Source: an uncultured delta proteobacterium (lineage in GTDB: Bacteria > Myxococcota_A > Polyangia > Polyangiales > Polyangiaceae). From it: 64,000 nt of DNA. Position 1 is the first letter of the stretch; every line of letters begins with the position of its first letter. The stretch lies in contig CAWJCS010000005.1 of the NCBI GenBank assembly GCA_963841435.1, positions 1,440,001-1,504,000 of the forward strand, given 5' to 3'. The notes under the pieces are model-generated. The model ran no database searches, had not been told where the DNA came from, and was given only the letters and a program-made list of their open reading frames with translations. The translations under genes were made by a program, and so were the position numbers. Below, piece by piece: positions 22,197 to 32,082 of the stretch.

Positions 22197-23996
22197 ATGC
22201 TGTTAGGGATGGGTCCGGACGGACGGGTACCGGAGCAGGCGAGTGAGCACGCCGCCTGGCGCGACAATCTGTCGCTCAGCCTGCTGCGCGCCTTCTTCGC
22301 GTTGTTCGTGCTGGCGGCCGTCGTCGTCTGGACGGCGCTACGCGGGCCCTGGGACCGCGCCGTCCTCACGACCGTGTCAGTGCTCGGCGCCGCCTTGCTC
22401 GTCGTTCCCGCGATCACGGGCCGCCCCCGCGGCGCAGCGCGAAGTTGGATGGTGGTCGCGCCCGCGGCGCTCTCCGCCGTACTGGGCTTCGCGACGGTCG
22501 GCTACCTCGCCGGCCCGGGCGCGCTGCTCACCGTCACGCTCATGCTCATCGGTTTGTTGCTCGGGCGACGCGCGATGATCGCCATGACCCTGATGACCGC
22601 GCTGTGCATCGGCGCGGCCGGTTGGGCCATGGTCCACGGCATCCTGCCGGCGCCCGACCCGCGCGACACGTCGATGACCAACGGGCTCGCCTGGGTGCGC
22701 TCGGTGGGCATCACGTACCTCGCCGTGGCGCTCTTCGGCGGCTTGATGGTCACGATGGTGGCGCGCATCGAGCGTGCTCTCGAGCTCGCCCACACCGAAA
22801 CGCGGCGGCGTGAGCTGGCCGAGCGCGCGCGCGCAGACGCCGAAATCATGGCGCTCGAGGCCAAGCAGCTCGAAACCGTGGGGCGGCTCTCGGCGGGCGT
22901 GGCGCACGATTTCAACAACGACCTCACGGCGATCATGGGGGCCGCCCAGCTCCTCAAGCACGAGCTTTCGGAAGGCGCCGAAGGGCGCGAGCTCGCGGAA
23001 GACATCCTCCAGGCCGCCAAGCATTCCGCCGATCTCACCCGGCAGTTGCTGGCGTATTCGCGCAAGGCCCAGATGCAAAAGGCGCCCACCGATCTCCACG
23101 AGGTGATCACCGAGGCGCTCTCCCTCTTGCGGCACTCGGTCCGCCCCGAGCTGCGCATCACCGTCGACCTCGCCGCGGAGAGCTCAGTGATCCTCGCGGA
23201 CGCTTCGTTGATGCAGAGCGCCATCCTGAATCTCTTCGTCAACGCCGCAGACGCCATGCCAGAGGGCGGGACGCTCACGGTCAAGACCGCCTCCCTCTCC
23301 GCAGTCGAAGGCGGGAGCTACAACGTGGCCGCGCCTTTCGTGTTAATAGAGATTCGAGACACGGGGCACGGCATCGAACGCGCGCTCCTGCCCGAGATCT
23401 TCAGTCCCTTCTTCACCACGAAACCGCTCGGCAAAGGGACGGGGCTCGGTCTTGCTGCCGTCGCCGGCACCATCAAGGCGCACGCCGGGACCATCACCGT
23501 GGATAGCAGCGTCGGTGTGGGCACCGTGTTTTCGATTCGGCTACCGGTGGCCACGAACCCGCCGTCCGAGCTGGCAGTCGACGACGACGAGGTCGTCAAC
23601 GGGCACGGCGTCGTGCTGCTCGTCAACGACGACGCCATGGTCGCCGCCACCGCCAGCGCAACGCTGCAATCGTTCGGCTACGAGGTCGTTCATACGCCGG
23701 GGGGTGCGGCTGCGCTGGAGCTCGTTCGCGCCGCGCCGGGTCGCTTCGGCCTCGTCGTCTTGGACCTCAGAATGCCTGGCATGAGCGGTGAAGAGACCTT
23801 CGAAGCCTTGCGAGCTCTCGACCCCGATCTTCCCGTCGTGCTCTGGTCCGGCTACGGCGCCGAGCAAGACGTTGAAGGAATGCTGCGCCGAGGTGCCGCC
23901 GCGTTCGTGCAGAAGCCGTACCGAGCCGCGGAGCTCAGCCGCGTCGTCGCTCGCGCCATCCGGGCTCCACTTTCAACCGCCCGTCCCAGCAGGTGA
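22197..23996 (+). CDS. Membrane hybrid histidine kinase / response regulator
   Basis: TM helices; AHDFNN H-box; PFFTTK and GTGLGL; C-terminal receiver LDLRMP...QKPY. Confidence 0.92.
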   Translation: MLLGMGPDGRVPEQASEHAAWRDNLSLSLLRAFFALFVLAAVVVWTALRGPWDRAVLTTVSVLGAALLVVPAITGRPRGAARSWMVVAPAALSAVLGFATVGYLAGPGALLTVTLMLIGLLLGRRAMIAMTLMTALCIGAAGWAMVHGILPAPDPRDTSMTNGLAWVRSVGITYLAVALFGGLMVTMVARIERALELAHTETRRRELAERARADAEIMALEAKQLETVGRLSAGVAHDFNNDLTAIMGAAQLLKHELSEGAEGRELAEDILQAAKHSADLTRQLLAYSRKAQMQKAPTDLHEVITEALSLLRHSVRPELRITVDLAAESSVILADASLMQSAILNLFVNAADAMPEGGTLTVKTASLSAVEGGSYNVAAPFVLIEIRDTGHGIERALLPEIFSPFFTTKPLGKGTGLGLAAVAGTIKAHAGTITVDSSVGVGTVFSIRLPVATNPPSELAVDDDEVVNGHGVVLLVNDDAMVAATASATLQSFGYEVVHTPGGAAALELVRAAPGRFGLVVLDLRMPGMSGEETFEALRALDPDLPVVLWSGYGAEQDVEGMLRRGAAAFVQKPYRAAELSRVVARAIRAPLSTARPSR

Positions 23997-24576
23997 TCGT
24001 GCTCGGCTCGAAAGGACCCGACTCGAGGGCGCGCGCCGGCGCTTCGGGCGTCCCGGCCGAAAGCCCTTCGCGAGGGTCCCAGTCGGGCGCGTCTCCAGGT
24101 GCAAGGCAATGCAAGCCGCTCTGCCAGAAGCCGATCACGTACGTGTGGCCCGCGATCCTCGCACCCATGAAGTCGCCGAGCGCGCGCGCGAAATCCTGAC
24201 CCGGCAACGCCCCGAGCGTCTCGCAGGTCCGGAACCAGACGAGCGCGTGCGGCACGAGCCTTTCGCGAAGCGCTTCGAGCTTCGGCCGCAGCGCATGGGC
24301 GGGCGCGAGCGCCGAGCGATCGAAGCTCTCGCGATCGATGAGGGCACGCCCCCATTTCCCGTGCCCCCAAAACTGGACCTCGCCGATCGGTCGCCCTTTT
24401 TCCACGCGGGCGGCCCAGTCGAGCGCCTCCGCGAACCCCGCTGCGCCGAAGTACGCATCGACGAGCCGGCGCGCGCGATAGAGCCGCGCGCCGACGCTCC
24501 AGCACAAGCCGAGCGCGCGCGGTGCACGCGCGGTCTGCGTTCGGTCGTAGACCACGAGTCGGAGGGGCGCCGCCAC
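23935..24576 (-). CDS. Hypothetical protein, DUF4347/caspase-like fold possible
   Basis: QFWGHG and WFRTC motifs; GTG start. Confidence 0.65.
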   Translation of the reverse strand: MAAPLRLVVYDRTQTARAPRALGLCWSVGARLYRARRLVDAYFGAAGFAEALDWAARVEKGRPIGEVQFWGHGKWGRALIDRESFDRSALAPAHALRPKLEALRERLVPHALVWFRTCETLGALPGQDFARALGDFMGARIAGHTYVIGFWQSGLHCLAPGDAPDWDPREGLSAGTPEAPARALESGPFEPSTITCWDGRLKVEPGWRERRRG

Positions 24577-24704
24577 GGTGGAAGCTTAGCGCGCGCACCG
24601 GGAGCAGTCGCGCGTCTTGCAAGCACGTATCGTCGTGTCAGAGGACGCCAAAGAGGTGGGCGCCGAGGCCGTGTACAAGATGGGGAAGGACGAGTTCAAG
24701 GAGC

Positions 24705-25022
24705 CTCTTCAAAACGGAGCGGGAAAGCCGCATCGCTCAGCTGCCGGTCGGCTTCGGCGAGGGCTACCCGCGCGCGCTCTTCAACAAGGGCATCGTGCTC
24801 GTCCGCGGCAAGCGCTGCCCGGTCGTCGGGCGCGTCTCGCGCAACGTCGTCACGGTCAACGTGACGGATCTTCCCGAGGCGGCGCCCGGCGACGAGGTCG
24901 TCCTGATCGGCAGCCAGGGCAACGACCATGTGAGCTTCGAGGAAATGGCCGACGAGTACGCGAGCGTCCATACCGACATCAACCTGATGGCGGGTCAGTA
25001 CAACCGCATCACGTCCGTCTGA
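24705..25022 (+). pseudogene. Alanine racemase C-terminal domain fragment
   Basis: SRIAQLPVGFGEGYPRAL..VLVRGKRCPVVGRVS..GDEVVLIG; no N-terminal barrel upstream. Confidence 0.75.
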
Positions 25023-25066
25023 GCCCGCACGCCGCCGACGACGACGCGCCTTGGCTCCGCCTGGCC

Positions 25067-25433
25067 TCACCAAACTCCGGGAACGAGACGGAGCCGGGTC
25101 TGCTTGCGGTACTCGCGGTAGCCAGCAAGCTCACGCGTCAGCACCGCATCCTCGAGGTGCGTCCGCACCACCAGCCCGATGGCGGAAAGTCCCGCCGGGA
25201 CGAAGCTCCAAATCGATTGAAAGAGAAGGGGGAAGCCCAGCGTGCCGACAATCATCCCCAGATTCCCTGGATGCCGTACGAAGCGGTAGGGACCCGTCGT
25301 GCAGACGCTGTGTCCCCGGTCGGTCTGAATCCGAACGACGGCAGATCCCCACGAAGACCAGGGTGGCGACAAGACTTCGCAGGAAAGGACGAACGCTCCC
25401 GGTCAACTTCTTGCCGTCGGACAGGCTCGCCAT
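25067..25433 (-). pseudogene. Isoprenylcysteine carboxyl methyltransferase family remnant, probable internal deletion
   Basis: C-terminal VVRIQTDRGHSVCTTGPYRFVRHPG...RTHLED...YRKQTRLRLVPGVW joined out of frame to a short N-terminal stub. Confidence 0.7.
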
Positions 25434-25558
25434 CGAACTCGGTAGGCGTAGCGGGAACGGGCCCGGGGCGCGCGCGCAACGTTAGCGTGCACGTCGCACC
25501 CTGATGCAGGTCGTGCGCCGAACGCCTGCTCAATCGACCTGTGGCGAGGCCACCCGCC

Positions 25559-25574
25559 TGGCACGGAGGCTGCA
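25559..25574 (+). promoter_or_regulatory. Sigma54 -24/-12 promoter
   Basis: TGGCACGGAGGCTGCA just upstream of ATG 25588. Confidence 0.6.
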
Positions 25575-25587
25575 CGAAGCCACGGGC

Positions 25588-26481
25588 ATGCGTCACAAAG
25601 AGCTCATCCTGCCCTGGGTGCTGATTCTCGGTTCGACAGGCTGCGTGTCGACCGGCAAGTACGATGCTGCGGTCGCCGACGCGACGCGCGCGCAGCAGGC
25701 CCTCGCGGCCTCGCGCAACGACGCCGCGCGCCTCGCGGCGGCAAAGGCCAACGCCGAGCAGCAAGCGCGCGAGGGCTCGGCGCGCGCCGCGGCGGAGCTG
25801 GAAGCGGCACGCGCCGACGCTCTCGTTTGCCAGCATTCCCTCGACGACGCGACCGCCGTCAACCAGCAGCTCCAGACCGAGCTGCAGCGCTACGGCAAGG
25901 ACGCCGATCAGCTCTTGGCCGCCAAAGGGGCGCTCGCGAGCTCGCTCGAGCAAGCGCGAGCGCGCCTGGAGGAGCTCCGTAAGGCGCAGGCAGCCGCCGA
26001 GGCGCGCTCCGCGCTTTACCGCGAGCTTGCCCTGAAGCTCAAGCGCATGATCGATGCGGGGGATCTCCAAATCACGCTGAGGAGCGGCCGCATGGTGCTC
26101 GTCCTGCCGAATGACGTCTTGTTCGATTCCGGTAAAGCGATCCTCAAGCCGCGCGGCAAGGAGACCTTGGGGCGAGTCGCCGCCGTGCTCGCCACGATTC
26201 AGGGACGGCGCTTTCAAGTTGCCGGGCACACCGACAACGATCCCATTCGCTACTCCGGCTACGCGTCGAACTGGCAGCTGTCTTCCGCACGCGCCCTCGA
26301 GGTCGTCGGTCTGCTCGTGCAGAGCGGCATGAAGGCGGACTCGCTCTCGGCGGCGGGCTACGCCGAGTTCGATCCCGTAGCCAGCAACGACACGCCCGAT
26401 GGGAAGCTGCAAAACCGCCGCATCGAAATCACCCTGCAGCCCAACATCGACGAGCTCGTGGCCGTCCCGCAGCGCGGCTGA
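25588..26481 (+). CDS. OmpA/MotB family lipoprotein with coiled coil
   Basis: Lipobox TGC; VLFDSGKA, AGHTDN, NWQLSSARA, NRRIEI. Confidence 0.9.
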   Translation: MRHKELILPWVLILGSTGCVSTGKYDAAVADATRAQQALAASRNDAARLAAAKANAEQQAREGSARAAAELEAARADALVCQHSLDDATAVNQQLQTELQRYGKDADQLLAAKGALASSLEQARARLEELRKAQAAAEARSALYRELALKLKRMIDAGDLQITLRSGRMVLVLPNDVLFDSGKAILKPRGKETLGRVAAVLATIQGRRFQVAGHTDNDPIRYSGYASNWQLSSARALEVVGLLVQSGMKADSLSAAGYAEFDPVASNDTPDGKLQNRRIEITLQPNIDELVAVPQRG

Positions 26482-26500
26482 AGCGCCGTCGCGAGCCCGT

Positions 26501-27427
26501 TCACGACGCTTCACGCGCGACGTGCGCCCGCAGGGCATGCACGAGGTGGTCGAACATGAGGCGGACGCGACGGCTCGACTTGAGATCCTCGTGCATCACG
26601 ATCCAGACGCCGAGGTCGAAGTCGAGCGCGCCGGGCAGCACCGGCACGAGGCCGTCTCGCTTGCCGAGAGCAACCTGGCACACGCCGATGCCGAAGCCCG
26701 CTCGCAACGCCGCGTACTGACCCAGGTCGCTGTCGCAACGATAGGCGAAAAGCTCACGCGACAGCGGGATGTCGGTCGCGGGCAGGCGCCGCACCGACGC
26801 TTGGCGGTCGAAGCCGATGAGCGGATGCTGCCGCAGATCCTCGAGCGTCCGCGGGGTACCGTGCGTCTTCAGGTAATGCGGGTGGGCGTGAAACCCCAGG
26901 TGCAGGATGCCGACCTTCTTCGCGAACAGGGCGCGCTGCGTCGGCTTGACCATGCGCACGGCGATGTCCGAATCGCGCCTCAAGAGATCTTCCGACCGAT
27001 TGGAGAGCACCACTTCGACGTCGATGCGCGGATGCAGCTCGCGGAACGCCGTGAGCGCCGCAGGCAGCACCTCGGCACCGATCATTTCGCTCGCCGTGAT
27101 GCGGACGGCGCCGCGCTCCTCCTCTGCTTCACCGGACGCGGCGCGTATCAGAGCGCTCGCAGCGCTCGCCATCGTCTCGGCGTACGGCACGAGCGCCGTC
27201 GCGGCAGCGGTCGCGGCGAGGCCGGCCTGCGAGCGCGTGAACAGGGAAACGCCGAGCGCCGCCTCGAGCGCGTCGATGTGCCGCCCGACCGTCGGCTGCG
27301 TGAGCAAGAGCGCGCGCGCCGCGCCGGACAGGCTCTGCTCGCGAAAGACGGCGAGGAACGAGCGATAGAGCTCCCAGCCGGGTTCCTCGTGAGCTTCGCT
27401 GCGGCGGGCGCTGGGCTCGGTTGTCAT
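26501..27427 (-). CDS. LysR family transcriptional regulator
   Basis: SLSGAARALLLTQPTVGRHIDALEAALGVSLFTR; DIAVR. Confidence 0.93.
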   Translation of the reverse strand: MTTEPSARRSEAHEEPGWELYRSFLAVFREQSLSGAARALLLTQPTVGRHIDALEAALGVSLFTRSQAGLAATAAATALVPYAETMASAASALIRAASGEAEEERGAVRITASEMIGAEVLPAALTAFRELHPRIDVEVVLSNRSEDLLRRDSDIAVRMVKPTQRALFAKKVGILHLGFHAHPHYLKTHGTPRTLEDLRQHPLIGFDRQASVRRLPATDIPLSRELFAYRCDSDLGQYAALRAGFGIGVCQVALGKRDGLVPVLPGALDFDLGVWIVMHEDLKSSRRVRLMFDHLVHALRAHVAREAS

Positions 27428-27545
27428 ACAAACTCATCGCGTTCCTCGGCCGGGAGCCGCACACGCCGCTCGACGAGGCGCTCCGTGCGACGCTCTCGGG
27501 GCTCGGCTGCTTGCCCGAGCGCGCGTCAGTCGCGCCGCCAGCCGT

Positions 27546-28223
27546 TCAACTCGACGCAGCGAGCGCGAGCCGAGCGGCGCATTCGGCGTGACCGGCCGTG
27601 GTCGCGAGATCGCGCGCCGTTTCGCCCTTCTCCGTCAACAACGACGGATCGGCGCCGAGGGAAAGCAGCTCCTCGAGGCTCTGGAGGTTCCCGTTGCCAG
27701 CGCATTCCATCAGCGCCGTGTGACCGCTTCCCTGGCGCACGTTCACGTCGGCGGTGGCACGAGCAATGAGCCTGATCGCGCCCGTCAACCGCACGCCACC
27801 GGCACAAGCGGCGTGCAGGGCGAGATTGCGCTCGAACGCCCGACCCCACACGGCCGTGTCGGCGCCGGCTTCGAGTAGCGCAGCGGCAGCGTCGGTATGC
27901 CCGAAGAAACCTGCGAGGTGCAGCGCCGTCCAGCCGTCGGGCGACAACGTATCGATCGCCCACGGCGCGCGCTCGACGAGCGCCCGGCATTCGGCAGCGC
28001 GGCCCGTCGCGGCTGCCTCGTGCAACGTGTACTCGCTCGCGCGGTTGCCCAAAACGTCCAGGCAACGCTTGCTCTGCCGGTAGACGCACATCAAAACCAG
28101 GCTCGTCCCGTCTCGATTTCGGACGCGAGCGAGAGTCTTCACCTTCGCGAGCGCCTCGGCGAGCCGGACGGCGTCGTCCTCGGCTGCCAGCAGAAACAGG
28201 GACTCCCAGTAGTCGTGGCTCAT
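27546..28223 (-). CDS. Ankyrin repeat protein
   Basis: GWTALHLAGFFGH, ALHAAC, GHTALMECA, GETARDLA. Confidence 0.88.
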   Translation of the reverse strand: MSHDYWESLFLLAAEDDAVRLAEALAKVKTLARVRNRDGTSLVLMCVYRQSKRCLDVLGNRASEYTLHEAAATGRAAECRALVERAPWAIDTLSPDGWTALHLAGFFGHTDAAAALLEAGADTAVWGRAFERNLALHAACAGGVRLTGAIRLIARATADVNVRQGSGHTALMECAGNGNLQSLEELLSLGADPSLLTEKGETARDLATTAGHAECAARLALAASS

Positions 28224-28248
28224 CGCGTTCCTCGAAGCACCGTTCTCA

Positions 28249-28728
28249 TCAGCCGCACAGGCCGGCATTCGCCGGATCGGCGCAGTAGCGCTCGAAGCAG
28301 CAATCGAGTGCCGCATACTCCTCGGTGCAGGTCCCGGCTACGGTGCGCTTGGGGGTGTTGCACGCCTCGTTCAGGGTCTCGAAGCACGAGTAAAGAGCGC
28401 CGACGAGCTCGGTACAATGTCCGTTGACGGACTCGTTCTCGAGACCCGTGCAAAATTGGACGCAGGCGTCGTAGTCGTGGCCGACGCAGCTTGCGTCCCG
28501 GGCGCTTCGACACAAGGCCTCACAGCGGTGGTACTGGGCCATGCCCTCGCTCAGGGGATCGGCGCTCGTGCTCATCCATGCTCCGACGCCCGACGGGCAG
28601 CGGCTCGTGCCAGCGGCCGCACCGCCGGCACCTCCCCCACCGAAAGCGCCAGCGGGAATGTCGTTCGAGCCGCGGCTCGAGCCGCACGCGACGACCAGCA
28701 AGAGGCCCCAAAGCACCCTCGTCATCAC
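28249..28728 (-). CDS. Small Cys-rich lipoprotein
   Basis: LLLVVAC lipobox, Gly linker, many Cys. Confidence 0.7.
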   Translation of the reverse strand: MMTRVLWGLLLVVACGSSRGSNDIPAGAFGGGGAGGAAAGTSRCPSGVGAWMSTSADPLSEGMAQYHRCEALCRSARDASCVGHDYDACVQFCTGLENESVNGHCTELVGALYSCFETLNEACNTPKRTVAGTCTEEYAALDCCFERYCADPANAGLCG

Positions 28729-28810
28729 GCCGCCTCAGCCCTCGCATGCATTGGCGACCACAACTTAGCACGCGAGCTAGGTGCACGACCCGCGGGGCGC
28801 CCGGGCCGGC

Positions 28811-30637
28811 TCAGCGCGGCTCGCATGACGGATCGGCGAGGTCGATCTGCCCGTCGCCGTCGTTGTCGATCCCGTCGTTGCAGACCTCGCCAGTGACGCA
28901 GTCGTCGATGACGCAGTTGCAGTCGTTGTCAACGCCGTCTCCGCAGATTTCGTGAGTCTCGCAGCTCGACAGGCAGTCCGGCTCGTCAACGTCGCCGTCG
29001 CAATCGTCGTCCAGACCGTTGTCACAGACCTCGACGCAGCCGCAAGCCGTGGGCGTTGCGTCGTCCGTGAAGAAGGCGCGATGGTTGCCGTGATCGAGGC
29101 TCTGAAAGGGGGCCCAGAACGCGGCATAGCCGGGGTCGGCGAGGCTCGGATCGACGGCGGCGAGAAAGAGCTGGTCCACCTTCTTGTCGGCGGGGCGGAC
29201 GTCCGCGTAGGCGCGCAGGCTCGAGAAGGCGACGAAATACGGTGGCGCGTCTCCGTGCGCGGAAACGAAGACGGGCATCGAGTTGCCGAGCGGCATGGTC
29301 GAGTCCTCGTCGTTCACGCGCTGGTTCAAGCGTGGAAGGTCGAAGAGCGCACCCGTTTCCGTGTCGAGCAGGCGCAAGCTTGCCTTGTCGGCGTCTCGCG
29401 ATTTTCCCTTCGCCTCGACGAACGCAAGGTAGCGACCATCCGGGCTGAACGAAGGAAAGAAGTCGCTTTGGTCCGGCGCGTCGCCCGTGACCAAGATCTG
29501 CGCCTCGCCGAAGCTTTCACCGTCGTAGGGCAGCACGGCGATGGACCCGCCTTCGACCTCCTTGGCGTTCCCCTTGGTGGCAAACGTGGCGGCCAGTCGG
29601 TCCCCCTTCGGCGACCAGTCCGGATGCGTGGCGAACGTTTCGTCGGGCAGCACGATGGTTCCGTCGTCGCTACCGACGGGCTCGCCCGTGGTCGCCGAGA
29701 GGAGGCGGAGCTTGCCGTGACTCGAAACCACGAGCCTGTTGCCATCCGGCGAGAACGAGGCCCACGCCGCCTCGAAGGCCGGATCCGGCATCGTGCCCGG
29801 CATCCCAGCCATCGGATCGGGCGTGTCGCCCGCAGTTCCCGTCCCTTTCATCGCGCGCACGCCGAAGAGCGAGCGCCGCTCGGGAACCGACACCACTTCG
29901 AGCTCTTCACCTTCGTAGATGACGGCGAGCTTCTTGCCGTCGCGCGAAAGTGTATGGCAGCCGGCGCACTCGCTCGTCGTCAACAGGGGCTCCGGATAGA
30001 ATTTCTGCGGTACGTCGTCCGACGTGCGCGCGGACGTGATTCCCTCCGCACCGGTCAACCAGTAGTAGACGCTCGAGGGCAATGGCTGCTCGCTCACGTA
30101 GAGCGTGATGCGTTCCGAGCGAAACGCCTCGTCCGGAGCTTTCGGATCCAGACCCCGGACGCTCACGCTGAGTTCTCCGCCGGCGTTTTCACCGGCGATG
30201 TAGCGCCACTGTTCCTCGGTCGGGTCGAGCGCGGGGTCCTTGGTGTAGATCCTCACCTTGGCGCGCGGGCCCACGATCTCGACCTCGAACAGGTGGTTCT
30301 TCTCGCCCGGGGTCCATGCGTGACGTACGCGCCAGACGTTCGGAGCGAGCATCGTCTCGTGGCAGGGATAGACGAGGTGTGGAGAGCGCTTCGGATCGGG
30401 CTCCGGAGCTTCGCTCGCGGCCGCGAAGCGGGCGGGCGCGTCGTCCCCGGCGCCGCTTTCGATGAAGACGTGAGCGCCGTCCGCGGCCGTGCCGCCGCCC
30501 GGCTTGCGCGCAGCATCGAGCTGCCCGAGGTCGACGATGCGGTCGCTCGTGCAAGCCGGGGCGCCGATGACGACACCGACGAGCGCCGCGCGAATCGCCG
30601 CGGCACGAAACCCACGCTCGGCAGCGCGAGGCCTCAT
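28811..30637 (-). CDS. TolB/PD40-like beta-propeller lipoprotein with C-terminal EVCDNGxDDDCDG repeats
   Basis: APAC lipobox; FSPDG and WSPKG repeats; three acidic Cys repeats at the end. Confidence 0.82.
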   Translation of the reverse strand: MRPRAAERGFRAAAIRAALVGVVIGAPACTSDRIVDLGQLDAARKPGGGTAADGAHVFIESGAGDDAPARFAAASEAPEPDPKRSPHLVYPCHETMLAPNVWRVRHAWTPGEKNHLFEVEIVGPRAKVRIYTKDPALDPTEEQWRYIAGENAGGELSVSVRGLDPKAPDEAFRSERITLYVSEQPLPSSVYYWLTGAEGITSARTSDDVPQKFYPEPLLTTSECAGCHTLSRDGKKLAVIYEGEELEVVSVPERRSLFGVRAMKGTGTAGDTPDPMAGMPGTMPDPAFEAAWASFSPDGNRLVVSSHGKLRLLSATTGEPVGSDDGTIVLPDETFATHPDWSPKGDRLAATFATKGNAKEVEGGSIAVLPYDGESFGEAQILVTGDAPDQSDFFPSFSPDGRYLAFVEAKGKSRDADKASLRLLDTETGALFDLPRLNQRVNDEDSTMPLGNSMPVFVSAHGDAPPYFVAFSSLRAYADVRPADKKVDQLFLAAVDPSLADPGYAAFWAPFQSLDHGNHRAFFTDDATPTACGCVEVCDNGLDDDCDGDVDEPDCLSSCETHEICGDGVDNDCNCVIDDCVTGEVCNDGIDNDGDGQIDLADPSCEPR

Positions 30638-31453
30638 CGGCCGTTCGAGAGCCGATCGAGCTGCGGCAGGTAGGCGGAGCGTGGATAGCGCGCACGGAAG
30701 GTCTGCTCACGCTGCTTGGCTTCCTCGCCCCGGCCGAGGCGGGCGAGCGCGGCGATGGTCAGAAATTCGCGTTCCTGTCCGAAGGCGCTGTTCGGGAAAC
30801 GCTGTCGAGCCTGTTCGACGAGCGCGAGCGTCTCCGCCGGGGTCGACCCGAGCGCGTTGCGGGCGCGCTTGAGGAGCTCGAATCTCGTTCCCCGCGAGTG
30901 GCGCCACGGCTCGCTGAGCCATGGCGGAGCCCGGTGCCGCCTCACCCGAAGCGCGTGTCCCAAAAGGCTCAGGGTCGATACGCTTCTCCGATGCGCGGGG
31001 TTTGCCAGACTCGGCAGGCTCGACCGGCTCGCCGAGCTCCAGCGGATCGGCGGGCGCGGCGCCGGCGCGCGGCGAGTCGTTTCGAACACTCGCCGTGGGC
31101 GACACGACCCCGGGATCACGCCTCCGCACGGATGGCACTGGCGACGCACCCGCGCGAGCGGCCGCTCGAAACGCATCGCTCTGGCGCGAAGAGCCGCCGC
31201 CGAACAGCACGAAAGCCGCGACCGCTGCCGCGCCCACGACGCCGAGCGCGAGCCACTTCGCACCCGCGACGCCGTGAGCCGGAGCCCCCGAAAGCCGCGG
31301 CGAAGGAGCGTCCGAGAGCACGATGCCGGCGTTCGTGAGACCACGAGCCACGCTGCGCAGGTTCTCGCGCGTCGCAAGCTTGCGCCGCGCCGCTCCGATG
31401 GCCTGACCGAGCTCGCCACCGTCCTCGAAGAGTCGTTTGGGCTCGCTGATCAC
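30634..31453 (-). CDS. Putative membrane anti-sigma factor with TPR-like C-terminus (+1 frameshift at about 30881)
   Basis: Single TM, Pro-rich linker, ELLKRARNAL...FPNSAFGQERE...RYPRS; directly downstream of ECF sigma. Confidence 0.7.
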
Positions 31454-31456
31454 GCT

Positions 31457-32062
31457 TCAGCCTCCCTTCGTCGAAACGTTGGCACGCGCGAAACACTCGC
31501 GCACGTGCGCGCGCGCGGCATGAAGCCGCGAGTAGATCGTCTGAATCGGCGCTCCCGTGACCTCACCGACCTCGCGCAGCGAAAGCTCCTCGATCTCGTA
31601 GAGGACGAATGCGGCACGCTTGTCGGTGTCGAGCGTCTCGAGCGCTTCGAGCAAGCGTCGAAAGAGCTCGCGCGATTCGACCGTCTCGAGCAAGCCGCTG
31701 TAGGAAAGCGTGTCGGGAAACGTAGCGACGGGGACCTCACGGCGAACACGCGCGCTCCGCCGGTAATCCGAGGCCACGCGCAGGCAGATCGCGTAAAGCC
31801 AGGTTCTGATCGCGCGCCCGTCGAAGTCGGGCAGGCGCCGGTGCACGAGCAAAAACACGTCCTGGCAAACGTCGTCCACGTCGCCGCTCCGTACGCCGAG
31901 CCCCAGCAGCACGCGCCAGAGGTACGGCGCGTGGTCGCGAAAGACCCCTTCGAAGTCGAGTCGCCCTTTTTCGGGGGGCAGGGGTTCGCTGGCCGAAAGC
32001 ACCGTCATGGATGGAGATGGCGCCGGGCTTTTCTGATCGGGGCGCTCGTTTTCTGCGCGCAC
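31457..32062 (-). CDS. ECF RNA polymerase sigma factor
   Basis: DVDDVCQDVFL, TWLYAI, region 4 FVLYEIEELSLREVG...TIYSRLHAAR. Confidence 0.93.
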   Translation of the reverse strand: MRAENERPDQKSPAPSPSMTVLSASEPLPPEKGRLDFEGVFRDHAPYLWRVLLGLGVRSGDVDDVCQDVFLLVHRRLPDFDGRAIRTWLYAICLRVASDYRRSARVRREVPVATFPDTLSYSGLLETVESRELFRRLLEALETLDTDKRAAFVLYEIEELSLREVGEVTGAPIQTIYSRLHAARAHVRECFARANVSTKGG

Positions 32063-32082
32063 CGGGGCCTCGTGGCCAGGTC

